NCBI GenBank assembly: GCA_002633005.1
Contig: NMRA01000259.1
Coordinates: forward strand, 525,181-589,180
From: Phoronis australis
Taxonomy: Eukaryota > Animalia > Phoronida
Length of the DNA: 64,000 nucleotides
Reading direction: 5' to 3'
The translations under genes were made by a program, and so were the position numbers. Below are positions 30,001-44,404 of the stretch, one piece after another. The notes beneath the pieces are model-generated. The model was not told where the DNA came from. It was given only the letters and a program-made list of their open reading frames with translations, and ran no database searches. How positions within the stretch are numbered: position 1 is the first letter of the stretch; every line of letters starts with the position of its first letter.

Positions 30001-33000
30001 CAACGTCATACAATTTTGCACAATAGCCAGTTTTACTCACCTGTACCTGAACATGACTAAGTACTCCATCTTATCACCTCACAAACGGAGATTGTGAACC
30101 ATTATGGAAATCAAGGTACTCAACGAAATTTCATCCAAAACTACCAAAACAAACGAAATTTGTGAGAACCTTCCATTTTACAAATGTCTGGAGAGAAAGA
30201 ACTTAGTCCAATTTCAGTGGTCTCGTGAGTGAACTATAATTGACTTGCTTTGAACAAATATTGTTCAGGTTGTAAGAACAACAAAACTTGGGACAAGATT
30301 CCAACAACTGGTCCTCAAAACAAACGGCTTTATCTAGCCTCAGCACCATATCAAATTCATCAGCACTAGTTATTTTAGAATTATTAGGCCTAAAACAGGT
30401 CATACACAACAATGCAGGCATTGGCGAAGCTGCAAATGAATAATTAAACACAATTCCTGGTAAAGTCATGTTTAATTCACCATTTGAGAGCGATAAACAT
30501 CCAAATCCGACAAAAGATGGAGCTGAATAAACTTCGTCCAGCTGTTGTGGAGTGTCATCAGAAAACCTTCACAAATACTTCTGGGAGAACAATCAAAAGT
30601 TAAAACGACCAACAGTAAGTTTTAGTTGCCAAGTTTCATAAAACTGACAAACACAACCGACTTTCTCCCAACTTTGGTATTTTGCAGTCATGACTACAGA
30701 CAGCGAACATCGACATGTCACAAGACCAACTTTTTTGGAAAAGTCAATTGATTCTAAAACACAGTACACTACTCGCATAGCAACTGCAAATATTCACACC
30801 AGAATGCTGGCACAAAGTGTCTGGTAAAACTGACAACTCTTAGATAGGAACCCATTGATTTCATGAACAGATACAGTACTCTCAAATATGACACTGCCAC
30901 AGTTTACCAGATCTCTGTGCACCAAGAACAGTCATCACAGCTGTGCACGGAAAACCAGCCATCAATCAGAGCACAGAGTCAATTACTAATTCAGAGCAGG
31001 GCAGATTAAACAAGTAGAAACTCCACATATATTGATAATAAGTATTCATAGATAGACACAAATACCAGGTTTCACGATGGGTGGGCAGATCCGAATTCTG
31101 TAATTGTAAGTTTCCTATCCACTCAGGTGTACTGTAAGACAACCCTAAAGTATGAGCCTGTAAGACCACCTCGGTTATGAGCTTAACCCCCAAAACCATC
31201 CTCAGCACGTGCTCACTCCCCACTTTTCTGTAAGGTTATTTTCATGTATAAGCCCCTTTGCTAGATCACCTCATCTCTCGACTGCGTCTAGTCGGTAGGC
31301 AGATAATAGCGAAAGATGCTTAGGAAAACAGTGTTAAGTGCGTTTGCTTTCATCACAAGTGCATATCGTGCAAAGCTCAACTCACGAATGTCCCAACAAG
31401 TGATACAAACCCAAATGCTGAAACACGGACAATCAATACATGTCCATCCGGAAATAAGACCTCCCACATTTATTTGAACTAACTAAATCACAGATTAATT
31501 GGAAAGATTCCAATGTTTTGGTCTAATTAAAGTCCCGGTGACATCAGTAATTTAAGATTTAAACAATTTTAAGTTACTGAAAAAATATTGGTCTCAAATT
31601 GTACCTCACTTAGATGCGAGTTCTTGGATTGGGAACAGCTGGTGCTGAAGATTGAGCAAGCAAGTAATCGTGAATCGTCATTTTATGTGCCGAAAGCAAA
31701 TAGATGTCGGCAATGTCTAATGGAAATTAGATGGTACTGTCACCGAACACAGAAATAATACTAACCACAGCCAAAACACAACTAATAGAAAACATTAGGA
31801 TTTGGAATCATGCATTCATAGATCATATAGCAATGACCAGTTGCGAGACTGGTGTTCTTTTTGATTTCCACAGGAAAGGACATCAGTCCCCGAGCATGCA
31901 ACCATGAATCACCCTAGAGAAGGAAATGCATTCAAAGGCATCACCAATTAACTCAACACTGATAAAGTCAGGCGGAGCACTTGGAAAATAAACACAGAGC
32001 TGGCAGCAGTTGAAGAAAAAACATGAATGAAACAGTCTCAGGTCAAGTGGTGAATAACCCAAACAGTAACTGGGTTTGGTGGGTTGAAATTAGCCAATGA
32101 CTAACTGGCAACTCAGTCACTTGGACACACATGATCGCTGGGCCCATTTGGGTCAGCCATTATAACACCGGTATCTCAAATACTTCATAGGATAGTATGG
32201 TGATGATTTACAAATTCAACAATGACTCACGAGAACGCAGTGGAGCAGTACATTTTATCATCTCCGAATATCCTCCTTGAAATGTTTAACAAGTTAAATT
32301 TATAAAATAAATGTAATTTTCACCAGTTCTAAAATCTGCTAACAACTACATAGTCTACATTACAGCCAAAGGAGCCCTCCAAATACGCATCCACTAGAGC
32401 GCATGTCAGCTCATAACATAATTTTAACCACTTTTTGAAAGGAAAAGAGATCACACTAACAGAGAAGAGGATTGTGGACACATTTGTAGACCACAGCCAA
32501 TTTGTTGTTCATCACTTATTATAAAAGAGCTCAGATCAGCTCCTTTACCATGAAATTCCTGTGGTTAGGTGCTGATTTTCCAATGAGTCATTATAGTGAC
32601 AGTGTTGCAGAGAACACATTACTGGTTGTTATATTGCATATGGTCATTAAAAAAACCCCTATTTGATATGAGAATCATTGAGGATATTCCATGCAGAAAG
32701 TTACGTCCTACAAAAGCCCAGTAGTGACTCATCCTCATGGGGAATCATTATCAGTTACCTGGCAGCTACATATGCACTGGACACCCTGAGATGACTGTCC
32801 TGGCTAGGTGATACCTTACTGTCCATTGTGTAAATATTTAGAAAGGGGACTGTATTGGATGACTGATAGCCCATTCCAGGCCTCCATTGACTGAGCGCCC
32901 AGGGGGCGATCAAAATGGATACCCTGACTCAACTTTTGACACCTAAACCAGGATGTCCTCTTCAGCACTTGGAAACTCAAGTAAAGTAGGCATATAATCA

Positions 33001-35929
33001 TTGGTGTCCCTTTTAATTTGTTAACAACAGCTAGGTTTGGGAGCTCATTGGCATGCTTGAAATAACTAAGTTACTTACATCAGAGTAAGATACAAGAAAT
33101 TTATTGCAGACTCATGTCGCCATAGAAACATACAGTGTAAGACTATAACTTGCAGCAATTTGACTAGCGGTCATAAAAACGCTGTCACACATCGTTGGTC
33201 ATGGATGCTCTGAGAATTTGGGAGACCCATTTTAGATGCCCTGTTTTTGAAATCCTAGATGAACCCCTGGCCTCAACCTCTGAACGACTCTTATACCACA
33301 GCACCATGTGTACTCTTAAGCAGTCATAGATGAGAACATGTCATGGGATTTGATAAACACAGACGTAGCAACTGGATCTCATACCTGACATTAAATTTGA
33401 TTTTTGAGAGTTTTGAAAACTAAGTTAATGCTTGGCATTAAAACTCTACAGGGTTTAGACAAGTCAAAGAATGTAACTTCTGAATTCAAACACTAAGACT
33501 GGTCTCGGCTTGTTCCTTAATCAGGTGAGAAGTGGTCTTCTAATCTTGGAAACAACTGACACTTCGTTAAATATGCTGGAGACCATGCCTGATGGTGCCC
33601 AAAAAGATCCGCATTGACAAAGCCAAGTTGTTGAGCCCAGTCTGCATTAACAACTTACTGAATTCTTTTCGTAAATTAAATTACAGCTAAGGACTTTATA
33701 GAAGTACAGGACAATTTTATACTGGTAACTGGTATAAATCAAAAGTTTTCTTTTTAATGGACATAGCTATATAGTTCAGCGCTTTCGAATGAGTACATGA
33801 GTTCTACCTGAGGGCATCAACTGACAGAACAAAGGAATCCATGTCACAGCATAGAAAACTTGGCTGGCACATGTTAAGCACATAAGTGTACTGTACCAAA
33901 CCAACCATCATTTCCTCTTCCCATTCATATTTATCAAGCTTAGTCAGGTCCAAAAAGCAGGTGTACACCTACAACAACTATTTGCTTGAATCCACTTGAG
34001 CATATTTTAGTACCGTATTCATCTTGATAACTACAAACTCTGCTCCAATAAGAGCCTTGTGCCTTATTTCAGATTCTGCAAACTCATAGCAGTCCTCTGT
34101 ATTGAATCAAAGCTCAATGTCTTAAGTTGCAAATTGTATGTCAATAGATGGAGTTTCAGTTGGCAATTTTAGCACTTGAGATTCAGCAAAGCGGTGTGTA
34201 TATTCAGTAGGCCACTTACTAGTGGCAAAGGTTACAGATTGACCTTACTGACAATCAACTGGTTGAATTTTAGTGCCTCTTTTGAATGCAATGATCCACT
34301 AATAGAACTTCCATGGTGAGTCCACCCTCGAGTTACTAAATAAGCACTCCATCAAAATTTCTTAGCATCTGTACTCGGTATTGAGGCATATGATTTGTGA
34401 CACATAGCTAGAACCATTTTCACTAATTACTTGGCGGAATTTTTCCGCCAAGTATGTTGGTCTTTTGATTTCTTGTCCAATACCATGAGTGCGACTTAGC
34501 CTGTTCAATTCTTTCATCCCTGAGGCAGAAAAACACATTGCGTGGTTGACTTAGTTTTCAAGATAGGGTGGCTAACACACTACTAAGTGGAAATGAAGGC
34601 TCACTCAGTTTTTCAAATCTTTGAAAAACCTGATGTGTTGTTACTCATTATAGATATAATAGTAAATTATGTCATATATGTTACAAAATGACAGGAGAAG
34701 TGGGCTACTCAGTTTTCATTCCATTCAATCCATTATTCAAAGGACAAGGCATCCCACTTACTATTCCTGAAGTTAACATAAGATATAATGATTTAGGTAT
34801 TCAGCAAATAAACGTCTTCATCACATTGCCACAGGGCAGTAGCATCGCTCTCTTGTGTGCAGTACTTCCCAATTAAAAGTTACTAATTTCAATAGTAAAG
34901 TGAACAACACTGAACGAAGCATGCATAGATATAGGCAATGAGTAACTAACACAAACACTCTGTAGACAATTTAGTCAATATAATTTGAATATAATATCCA
35001 TGAAATTTTGTTGAGTTTCATTTGAGTTTCCCTCACCGGACCCGACCGCCATTTTGAGGAAGTTACAGGTATATTTCCTAGTCGCCTAAGCTTATTAGTG
35101 CTTATCGCGTGCGGCTAAAGAATTCACGGCGATCAAAAAGGAGTTAGAATTCTCTACAAAATCAATCTTAATTCCCACAAAAATTCATCATTAAGAGTAT
35201 TCAAAGAAGCAGAAAGGATCACTGAAAAAAGTGAGTGCTTTTCTTAGTGATATTTTTATGTGTAAAATGTATTTTTGACAAAAAACTTCTTATGTGCTAA
35301 CACCACCATTTAAACTATATGTGGCTGAGATGCAAGCACAGCCCGGTGGGGAGTATTATACTACATATTATAGCCCCAGTGGCATACTAGTACGGGCTAC
35401 TTGTTGCCTAGCATAGGTATTGCATTGGCAGTTACCCTGTACCTTGCCAATGGTGAAAACTGAAAATTGTTTGTAGAAAGTGCAGTTCCATTAAGAAACC
35501 TTTAGAATTCAACACCTTCTAACTCATATGTTTAGTTTATTCAATTTAAATCAGATGTGATTTGTGTGCCATACGTTCATAATATTTTAGTCATTTGGCT
35601 CATCTCATCAACTCAACTTCTGAAGTCGACCTTCACGTTCCACGATTTTACCATGTCTGGATGACGAACAGTCCACAAAATCAAGCTATCTTTGAATCTA
35701 AACACAAGGAACTCGGACCAGACAAAACATGACCACTCTGATCGCGCAATTATGGTGCACCAGATGACCAATTGTTTTTCGTCTCGTCTACAACTGATCT
35801 GCATTGACTGCAAGTCAGGACAGGTTGGAACGTTTTGACCAGATGACAACGGCTTACTTTTATCAGTTATGTGTCACTGAAAGGATGCTTATGAAATCGC
35901 ATCTGTTTTTCACTTAATTTCATACTTAC

Positions 35930-35940
35930 CTCTCCGCCAT
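35930..35940 (-). CDS. ARHGAP39: ARHGAP39 first coding exon (MAE-R), followed by a ~22-kb intron
   Basis: ATGGCGGAGAG|GTAAGTATG strong donor; phase 2 joins exon 2 to give [14 protein letters not shown]; next to a promoter-like region. Confidence 0.75.
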
Positions 35941-35999
35941 TTATGAACTTATCCACTTTGTTAGCTACACGTATCATACATTTTCCTTCAAAATGTATC

Positions 36000-36409
36000 T
36001 CTAGTAAAGATACGACCTCTTGCACTCGGCCATTTTGTTTGTCAACTCAGGAAGGCGTTGTCGTGAAACTTGCCAAGAACTGACGTGAGAATTAGTTCTA
36101 ATCACATGTTACGGGGCTTAAAGCTATCCAGTAAAAATGAAAGGTTCTTTTCAATCCACAAACTTGGTTTCAATATGTCTTTCTGGGCTAAAAACGACTT
36201 TTAGTACAAGATAATCGCCATTCGAATGGTAGTTTTTAGTAAGACACTTCACTGTTTACTTCCGCTTCCTGTCTTCCTCCATAAACAAAAGCTGAAAAGG
36301 ATTTTTCACCGGTCTACATTTCTTCATTGGTTATTTCAGTTTCCTAGTTTCATTGGAGCTGGCGGACTTCATTTATCTTTATGGGTGGATTTGATTAACT
36401 ACATATTAG
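36000..36409. promoter_or_regulatory. Probable bidirectional promoter for ARHGAP39/GID8, with a possible non-coding GID8 exon ending at 36409
   Basis: Between divergent genes; TGACGT CRE-like core ~36081; tandem ETS-like CTTCCGCTTCCT ~36259-36270; plus-strand donor AG|GTAAAT at 36409/36410. Confidence 0.5.
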
Positions 36410-39010
36410 GTAAATTTTAGGTCACATACGAAGCACATAATTGTCGTGAGACTCTCCGACGCAAGAATCTTGTGAAAAAGCAAGAGCATGCGTCATATCG
36501 CAAAATCACTCGAGTGCTTCACGTGTATGCTCGGAGAGGCTTACCAATTATATTTTGTACCCTTGTAAAATGGCGGCCGTTGAAGTCATTGACCAGTGAG
36601 GTTGGAATGTTAAATTATGTAGTGAAAAATGACTTAGTCCAAGTTTCGATCCCTGTACCTCTTGCTTCAGTGTCAGGCGTCCTAACCAGTCAACCAAAGA
36701 ACAATTGCCGGTTGGCGAGTGCTTAAGAGATGCCTTTATTTTACTACACTCACTGCAGATTCACCACAATAATGTGTAGTGAACAAGGTTTGATAATGCA
36801 GACTTACCTCAGCCACAAACCAGTGTTGCTCACTTGTGATTGGCTTGCAGTTTTTGTAAACGATAGTTTTCAAAGAAATTTAGGAATGTGCTACTTTTCT
36901 TTCAAAACATGCCTGGCTTATAAAGTAGTTATCTTCTGTTCTGTTCTGTTCACATTTCCTAAACAAGAATTCGCCATCCCAAATTAATGAAATCTGCCAT
37001 AAGAAAGACCACTTGCAAAAACAGGACTCCTTCGGCTGTTTCCGCTTCCGCTAGAATAAGAGCTCTAGGGTTGCTCTCATTTCATTCAAGTAAAAACTGG
37101 GTCAGTAGGTTAACTTTTGATATCTTTTCACACATCACAATCAACTCACATTAGAGTTAATTAGCGATAAAATGGCATCAAGAGTAAGACATTTGTGTGG
37201 AAAATTTTGAAATTTTTGCATATACTGCCGACTTCTTTCATTAAATGACTTTTTCTGTTTTGTTTAGGAACTGGTTCTGTATTTTGCTTCATCCAGGCCT
37301 TGTAACTACCATAGGTATGATTTTAATTGCAAAATTTGGACAAAATTGTGTTTCGAAGGTTAACTACCTTGTCGAGTCTGTTTGTAATATACTTATTTAC
37401 AGACGAGTTACATGTCCAATTTACCTAGACTGTCGGTACAACAGTTGATGTAGAAGTATGTTCAAGGTAACACAGGTTGCACTTCAATACCCGAGTCACA
37501 AGGATGGTCTAAATACTCCTTGACTTGACGGCGGGAAATTTAAAGTGACCTGTTGTAGCAACAGTTAAATCCTCAAATGTTCAGGTGGAACTCCAGCAGT
37601 GCTCGACATTACAAGCTGCAGGTTGCATTTGCGACCTGAAATTTGGAAATGCGAGCTCAGGTTTTGGCCACTCCGTATTAAGTCGCAACATGTAACCTGG
37701 AGTTTCCAACTTAAGCGAACTGAGATTTACACTTAACGGCAGATACTTGGGAGGCATAAAGCAACTCGAGTGAATCTGGCCGTTATTTGGTTGTTGCCAA
37801 ATCAAGTTCAAAAGAACACCAACAGAAAACAACCTTGTCGACAATTTGTAAACATGTCACGTGAACACGGGATAATGCAGTATTGATCTTTGACGCGTTT
37901 CAATAGCTGGTATTTTCGACTTCTTTTGCTAATTTTCTCCACAGCATAATACGTCATACGGTGACGCTTCTACTAATTCTTAAACGATCGACTCACCAAA
38001 GTTTGGGGTGGAAAATTATTTTATTTTTCATGTAAGATGTCCTGATTATTCAACTGCAACATCCCAACAATATGGTACTGCGACACCCTGCCACTGGTCG
38101 ATACCGCTGTTTGCTTGCGCACAAAGTCCTGGCAGACAATCATGACTTAGAAATTCGTCAAGTAACATCCTAATTCAATTTGCGTCTCGTGTTATCGTCA
38201 AAGACAGGAAACGTGAAAAATTATTAGTCAAACGACAGCCACGATTTATTTTAACTGTAAGAGTAGTTCTGAGTCGCAAAGAAATTATTAAGCCCCTGTT
38301 TTTGAGTCTGAGCATGCACATAATTTGTTTAACTATTGAATTGGTAAACAGCATAAGTCACGTGAATTGTTTTAGTCAAATTTGCAGTGAATTGTTCCTG
38401 CACATCAATACGTCATTTGGCTAGGGAAACGTTTCGCGAATTTTTTCGCCAGGATGTTTTTCAACCATTCACGTCCCAGACTGCAAACCAATGGAGAGAG
38501 TTTGCACTCAGAGTTTTTTATCTTTGCAACTTAAGTGACTTTGATGACAATCATATTATAGCAAAGTCCCGGATATTTTTTCAATTAATATTTTCTTCTA
38601 TTTCACGTTGCATCACTTGTTACTCAAATGCATGTGTTGGTTGGAGTGTGCTGATTCAACTTTCACATTGACAACCAAGCCTTGTTATAAATTCTTTGAA
38701 CTCAAAACCGCTACCATAGAAATGCATGTCTACAAAACTATCGTGGAAACCTCTGGTGGCATGGCTATGGTTCACATTGCAGCATGTGCCTCCAAAGCAT
38801 TTCAATGGCGGTCTAGAAGAAATTTAACGCTGTACACTAAAAAATGGCGGGAGATTTTTGCAACCTGGAATTTATGAATGCGAGCTGGATTTCGAAATGC
38901 AACCTGGGATTTTTGCGACGTGGCGATTTTCATAGTGCTCATTGCTCTTCCATCTTGAAAATTACATTCATGTTCTGATTCCAGTTGCCACTCTCCATCG
39001 AAAACCAACA

Positions 39011-39131
39011 ATGAGTTCTCAAGAGAAATCTGTCGATGAAGCTGCGGACAGTCAATGGCTGGAACGTCTTCAGTCACTGCATGTGACCAGATCCGATATG
39101 AATAAACTTGTCATGAACTACCTGGTCACTG
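39011..39131 (+). CDS. GID8: GID8/TWA1 first coding exon, start of LisH (MSSQEKSVDEAADSQWLERLQSLHVTRSDMNKLVMNYLVT)
   Basis: WLERL..LHV.R.DMN.L.MNYLVT matches GID8; acceptor ttccag ending 38984, donor G|GTAGGT. Confidence 0.92.
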
Positions 39132-39512
39132 GTAGGTCTTAAACTAAGGGACATTCTCAGCAAGAATAGTATACTAATTGAAATTAACAATAGCATTTTG
39201 TGCACAAAGAGTCTTGGGCAAAAAGGAACTGACGGTTCTTTACAAGACTAAAAACGCTTCCCGTCTGAGCAAGGAACAAATTGAGACCAACCTTATTGCG
39301 ATGAGAAACAGGTTGAGTCTAGTTTCGCAATTTCGCGTTACCGAAATCTAAAGTAAGTTTTTTCCATATCATTGATTTATAACACCTTTAAACATTTAGT
39401 TATTAGATGAACTTCAAACTTTGAAAAAAGTTCTAAAGATATAGGCAATGTCTGTGATTCAGAAACAGATGAGCAATGTAAGTTCAGGTGTGAAAGTTGT
39501 ACTTGCTTTTCT

Positions 39513-39888
39513 CAGGGCTTGGAATTTTCCGCGGAAACGCGGATTTCCACTTTTTTGAAATGTGCTTTCCGCTTTTTTTATAATATTTCCGCGTAAAAAA
39601 ATCGGATTTGATATGAAATTTCCAGAGCAAATTCCTTTCTTACCGCGGCGTTGCAGACGACGTTCACCTCGGAAAGCGGAAGTTGCTCTTAATGTTTCGG
39701 AGGAACGTAAATTGTCAACATTGCTGGGGCATCTGGGTAAAGCGTGGTGTGATTTTCAATGGCGGCTCGTGTTATTGTTAAGCGCGGCGACAAATACTAC
39801 CGCTCTGCAGCCAAATTTGTGTGGGTTGGGAGTGGACGGGCGAGCGAAAAGGACGCAGACGCATGCTACTGATGGTGGTAACGTTTTT
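39513..39888 (-). mobile_element. Second long copy of the CAGGGCTTGGAAT transposon, running into the N gap
   Basis: Closely matches the reverse complement of ~53745-54124. Confidence 0.85.
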
Positions 39889-40552
39889 NNNNNNNNNNNN
39901 NNNNNNNNNNNNNNNNNNNNNNNNNNNNNNNNNNNNNNNNNNNNNNNNNNNNNNNNNNNNNNNNNNNNNNNNNNNNNNNNNNNNNNNNNNNNNNNNNNNN
40001 NNNNNNNNNNNNNNNNNNNNNNNNNNNNNNNNNNNNNNNNNNNNNNNNNNNNNNNNNNNNNNNNNNNNNNNNNNNNNNNNNNNNNNNNNNNNNNNNNNNN
40101 NNNNNNNNNNNNNNNNNNNNNNNNNNNNNNNNNNNNNNNNNNNNNNNNNNNNNNNNNNNNNNNNNNNNNNNNNNNNNNNNNNNNNNNNNNNNNNNNNNNN
40201 NNNNNNNNNNNNNNNNNNNNNNNNNNNNNNNNNNNNNNNNNNNNNNNNNNNNNNNNNNNNNNNNNNNNNNNNNNNNNNNNNNNNNNNNNNNNNNNNNNNN
40301 NNNNNNNNNNNNNNNNNNNNNNNNNNNNNNNNNNNNNNNNNNNNNNNNNNNNNNNNNNNNNNNNNNNNNNNNNNNNNNNNNNNNNNNNNNNNNNNNNNNN
40401 NNNNNNNNNNNNNNNNNNNNNNNNNNNNNNNNNNNNNNNNNNNNNNNNNNNNNNNNNNNNNNNNNNNNNNNNNNNNNNNNNNNNNNNNNNNNNNNNNNNN
40501 NNNNNNNNNNNNNNNNNNNNNNNNNNNNNNNNNNNNNNNNNNNNNNNNNNNN
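39889..40552. other. Assembly gap (664 N)
   Basis: Run of N; starts in a poly-T tract and ends at a poly-C tract. Confidence 1.
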
Positions 40553-41612
40553 CCCCCCCCCCCAACCCACCTTGTAGAATTTCCCATTAACGAATTGTTT
40601 AGGGGTCCTCGCGCAAAACATCGCCCAGCCTGCTGTGACAGGGTCCCACATGTAGTCGTGGTACAATACTGGATGAATGTACAGCTTTCAAATAATGTGG
40701 TGTGCAAAGTTGGCAAAATAATATCTTAGATAAATTAATGTCATTAAAACTAGTCTTCCTTGAGTAAAGCAAATGTGCTAACAAAACTAATTGTTATTAC
40801 GCTATTCTCATGTTTGTTAAGCAATACTATGCGTCGGCTGTGAGTGCTACAAAATAGAGCGACACCTATTGGCCAATTTTTTTCAGCAATTTTTTAATCA
40901 ACTGTTCTTTTCCACCATGTAGCGTACACTTCACAACAAATCACCTCAACTGGTTCTTAGCATTTTATTACCAGCAAACCCAATTTCAAAGCAAATTGTG
41001 CTTCAGCGAAGCTGTCCATCATCTCCTTAAATATGCTGCAAAAACTTTAACAAATGGCGCATGCGCGTGTCACAAGTGTATAGTTTTCAAGCCAACAACA
41101 GGTTCTTGCTACAAAAGCCGGAGACCTATGTAAGAAAATGATGTTTATTAGACTATTTGTCACTTAAACGACTGTAATGGGCAAGGTGAGGGTCAGTTGG
41201 CTCCCATATTTTGTGTGCACCCCCGCTAGTCGTTAGCTCCACATGTCAATTAAGTTTCATGATGAACTGAACTGGAGACATTGTGAAATTTGAAGTCTAT
41301 GTAAAACTTGCATTCTTTGATTCTGTTGTGAACAATGCATAAAGCATAATATCTGAAAGATTCATGTGAATTTGTTCAGCCAGTTCTGAGATATGATGTT
41401 GCGAAATTGAGCATTTTGCTTGAGTCCTACATAGCATGTTAATAGTGCTGTGTGCAATACAGTATTCTGTTGTTACTGCTCTTGGTGCTTTCTGTTATTG
41501 TCGTAGAATTGCATTTATAGCATTATGCTAATAGTGAAAATGTTTTCACGCAAAAGTATCCAAACTTGAGTAGCATGGACTTATGCAATTTGTTTCGTTG
41601 TACCTATTTCAG

Positions 41613-41786
41613 GTTGCTTCAGCGCTGAATGCTGCCATACTGGAGACAGAAAATAGAGACTCAACGCCTCGCTTGGCAAATTTACTTAAACTGTTATTGT
41701 GGTCACAGGAAGAGCTGGATAAAAAGAAAATCAAATATCCCAAAATGACCAACATATCAACTGGTGAACTAGAGGAAGCAAAGTGA
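41613..41786 (+). CDS. GID8: GID8 last coding exon, CRA domain end ([57 protein letters not shown])
   Basis: tatttcag acceptor; ENR.STP.LA.LLKLLLW.Q.ELD.KK.KYPKM matches the GID8 C-terminus; AATAAA ~42956. Confidence 0.93.
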   Translation, partial: VASALNAAILETENRDSTPRLANLLKLLLWSQEELDKKKIKYPKMTNISTGELEEAK

Positions 41787-44404
41787 GATAACGACAGCGA
41801 GAAAATTCGGGAGATGAATCGGCCGAAAACCCATGTTTTTTTGAAAAAGTTAACTTTTCATTTAGACTACTTACTACTGATAATTGTTCTCAGTCTGTAT
41901 CCTTATTAGGTGAGGAGTGATTTTTGATATTTCAAAGAACTGACAGTTCGTTTTTGCTCAATATCAAGCTCCGTGAATCAAACGCTGTGGCGAGTCAACT
42001 TATATAGCTTAATCACCAGCAATGATGCACTGTCAATTCCTTCGATGACCTGAAATCACCGTTAATTTCACCGAGTGAGAATTTGGGACCAGTTTCATAT
42101 TGGCAAGTGCTCTAAATTAAAAAAAAATTGTGATGAAAGGTGGGTTTGTAGCTGCTTTTTATATGATACTTGGAGGGACCGTACATTGTCATGTTAGTGT
42201 ATCTAATGTACAGATTTTATATTTAGGTTTGGTGTCTCTGCGCTGAAAATGCATTAAGATACGTAAGGTTTTCCAATTTTGTTTTTGCGTGACACCGCCT
42301 AAATTTACACAAGTCCAATAACCAAAAGTTGATCGGTCACGTATTGCACTGCCGATTAATTTTTCAAATTTTGCGCTATTCGATTTCTAGTACTGTAACC
42401 TCTCAAGCAGTTTTGTGACCTTTAACCTTTTAGTATCTGGCTTCAGTTCTGCTTGGCATTGATACGGTGTTCCTTTAGGGCAGCGTTTTTCAAAAGTAAG
42501 GTGCTGGACGAGATGGTCCTTCTGATTTCTGAGTGTAGTCAACATGAGAAGAGGTGTGGTCATTGCACGTTAAGATACGAAGGTCACATGCACCAGTTGT
42601 TTCTTGCCACTCTGTCGTCATTTGGAGATCATCTCGGGTGATGAGTACAAATGGCTGTAGGACTAGTTGCCAGTCTCAGCTGGCACTCATCTGGCTTCAC
42701 TAAGTTTCCAGCACATTTTCAGAATTTTTTTACTCAGTTATATTTTTGCTATTGTTTTATTTTTATTGTGAACTCCTCTTTACTCATCACATTTTCTAAT
42801 AGTAATACAAAAACTGAACCATTATTTCAATGGAAATACATACGGACTCAGTCCTTAAATTGGAGCTTTGCATGGACGTTCCCTAATTATTGTCAACAAT
42901 ATTGAAAATTCTATGTAGTTTACCGTTGGTATCATGATGTAGCGATGAAGATGAAATAAAATAAGACAATCGTTGGTACAAAGTCCACAAATCCGCTACA
43001 AATTTAGAAACATTGCAGAGTACCTATTGGGACTGTTTTATGCAACAGGCAACTGGTCTCTTCGTGCCCGAAGTTGAAAGAGTAGTCACTGGACTACTCC
43101 TGTTCTAGTTTATTATGTGTTATGGAATTGTTATGTTTGTGTCTGCCTTATAATCATCATACATTGACCTATGGAAAGGCATCTTGCGGAAGTCAGTTTT
43201 AGTTTCGTAATATCGCACCTCTGTGGCATTCGTGCAAGTTTTACAGTTTAAATAATCATACGCACTGACAATAGTCAACTCCATCTTCTTCCGAAGACAA
43301 AGTATGATCACAAATGCTGTTGTTTTTGCCAACATTTACTTGAAATTGACGCGGACATTACTAAAACGATGTTGTTTTAAGTGAGGTTCATCTATTTATG
43401 TTGGGGCATACTGCATTGTAGCTTTAGAAGATTATCCCAATTGTTTTATTGTGAATGTAAGATTTTGTAAATATATGTTTCCCATGCGGTATTTAATTTT
43501 AAAGTACATTCAGAAATGTCCCTGCTGGTCCATATATCACTGAATGTTTCCCAGGATAGTGTTATATACTTCATGTCGTTTTTGTTCAATTTTCAGTAAC
43601 ATACAGCAATGTTATGTTTCTTTACCGTGATGGAAATAATGTATTAACAAATTCATAAGAAGACATTTATATTCATTTCTGTCTTGCACTTTATTTTATT
43701 CAAAGCCCAATGCCACAGACACACATCTTGAGAAGTTTCTCTATTTCTGGTCATTCGGACATTGCATTTACCCTAGTTTGGTCTTCCAAATTCAGTAATA
43801 AAATCAGAATTAAATGTGATGTTTTATACTTCCACGGTACACAATCTGCTACTTATTTTCTTTAATTCTTCAATTTCTCTGACATAAATACAAACAAATT
43901 GCTGTTTTTCGATAATTTTTCAAAAGCTGTGAAATACGACGTTATAAAATCTCATTGTTAACCACATTGTGTATTTATACGCAAGGAATTGCCGTAGCAC
44001 AAATTCCACACCCTAATTCATTATTTTCAATTCAGAGAATTCATACCCTGTTCAACAAATAATGCTGAAACAAAAAGTCAAACCACTAAGCAGTCGTAGA
44101 ATTTGTTTAGAGCGCTACGCGTTGGCCTCTAGCAACATTGAGTCCTTGTTCAGCAGTCTAGGCAACAAGTCAGATGCTGAAGTTGCACACAACTTCAGCA
44201 TGACCCCTCAATTATAACTAGCAAATAACGTGTTGGGAGCTTGCATTTAAAATACATGTGTCTGGCAGCATCACAACCACGTGACAAGCTTGAAAAAAGA
44301 CATACACTTTTTAAAAAATTCAGCGTTCATATTCTTTCCAATCGTACGGCACATCTGACAAATAAAAATATGCAAGTGACTATTCAACAGACGTCTGCAC
44401 TGCC

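Noticed and set aside
14000-35000. Numerous 60-130 aa ORFs in ARHGAP39 intron 1
   Set aside because: No recognisable domains or consistent splice structure; expected by chance
35037-35052. AAAATGGCGGTCGGGTCCG|GTGAGG as an alternative ARHGAP39 coding first exon
   Set aside because: The phase 1 donor is out of frame with phase 2 exon 2; it could still be a YY1-type motif or non-coding start
39562-40729. Long ORFs of 266-342 aa
   Set aside because: Artefacts of translating through the N gap and a transposon
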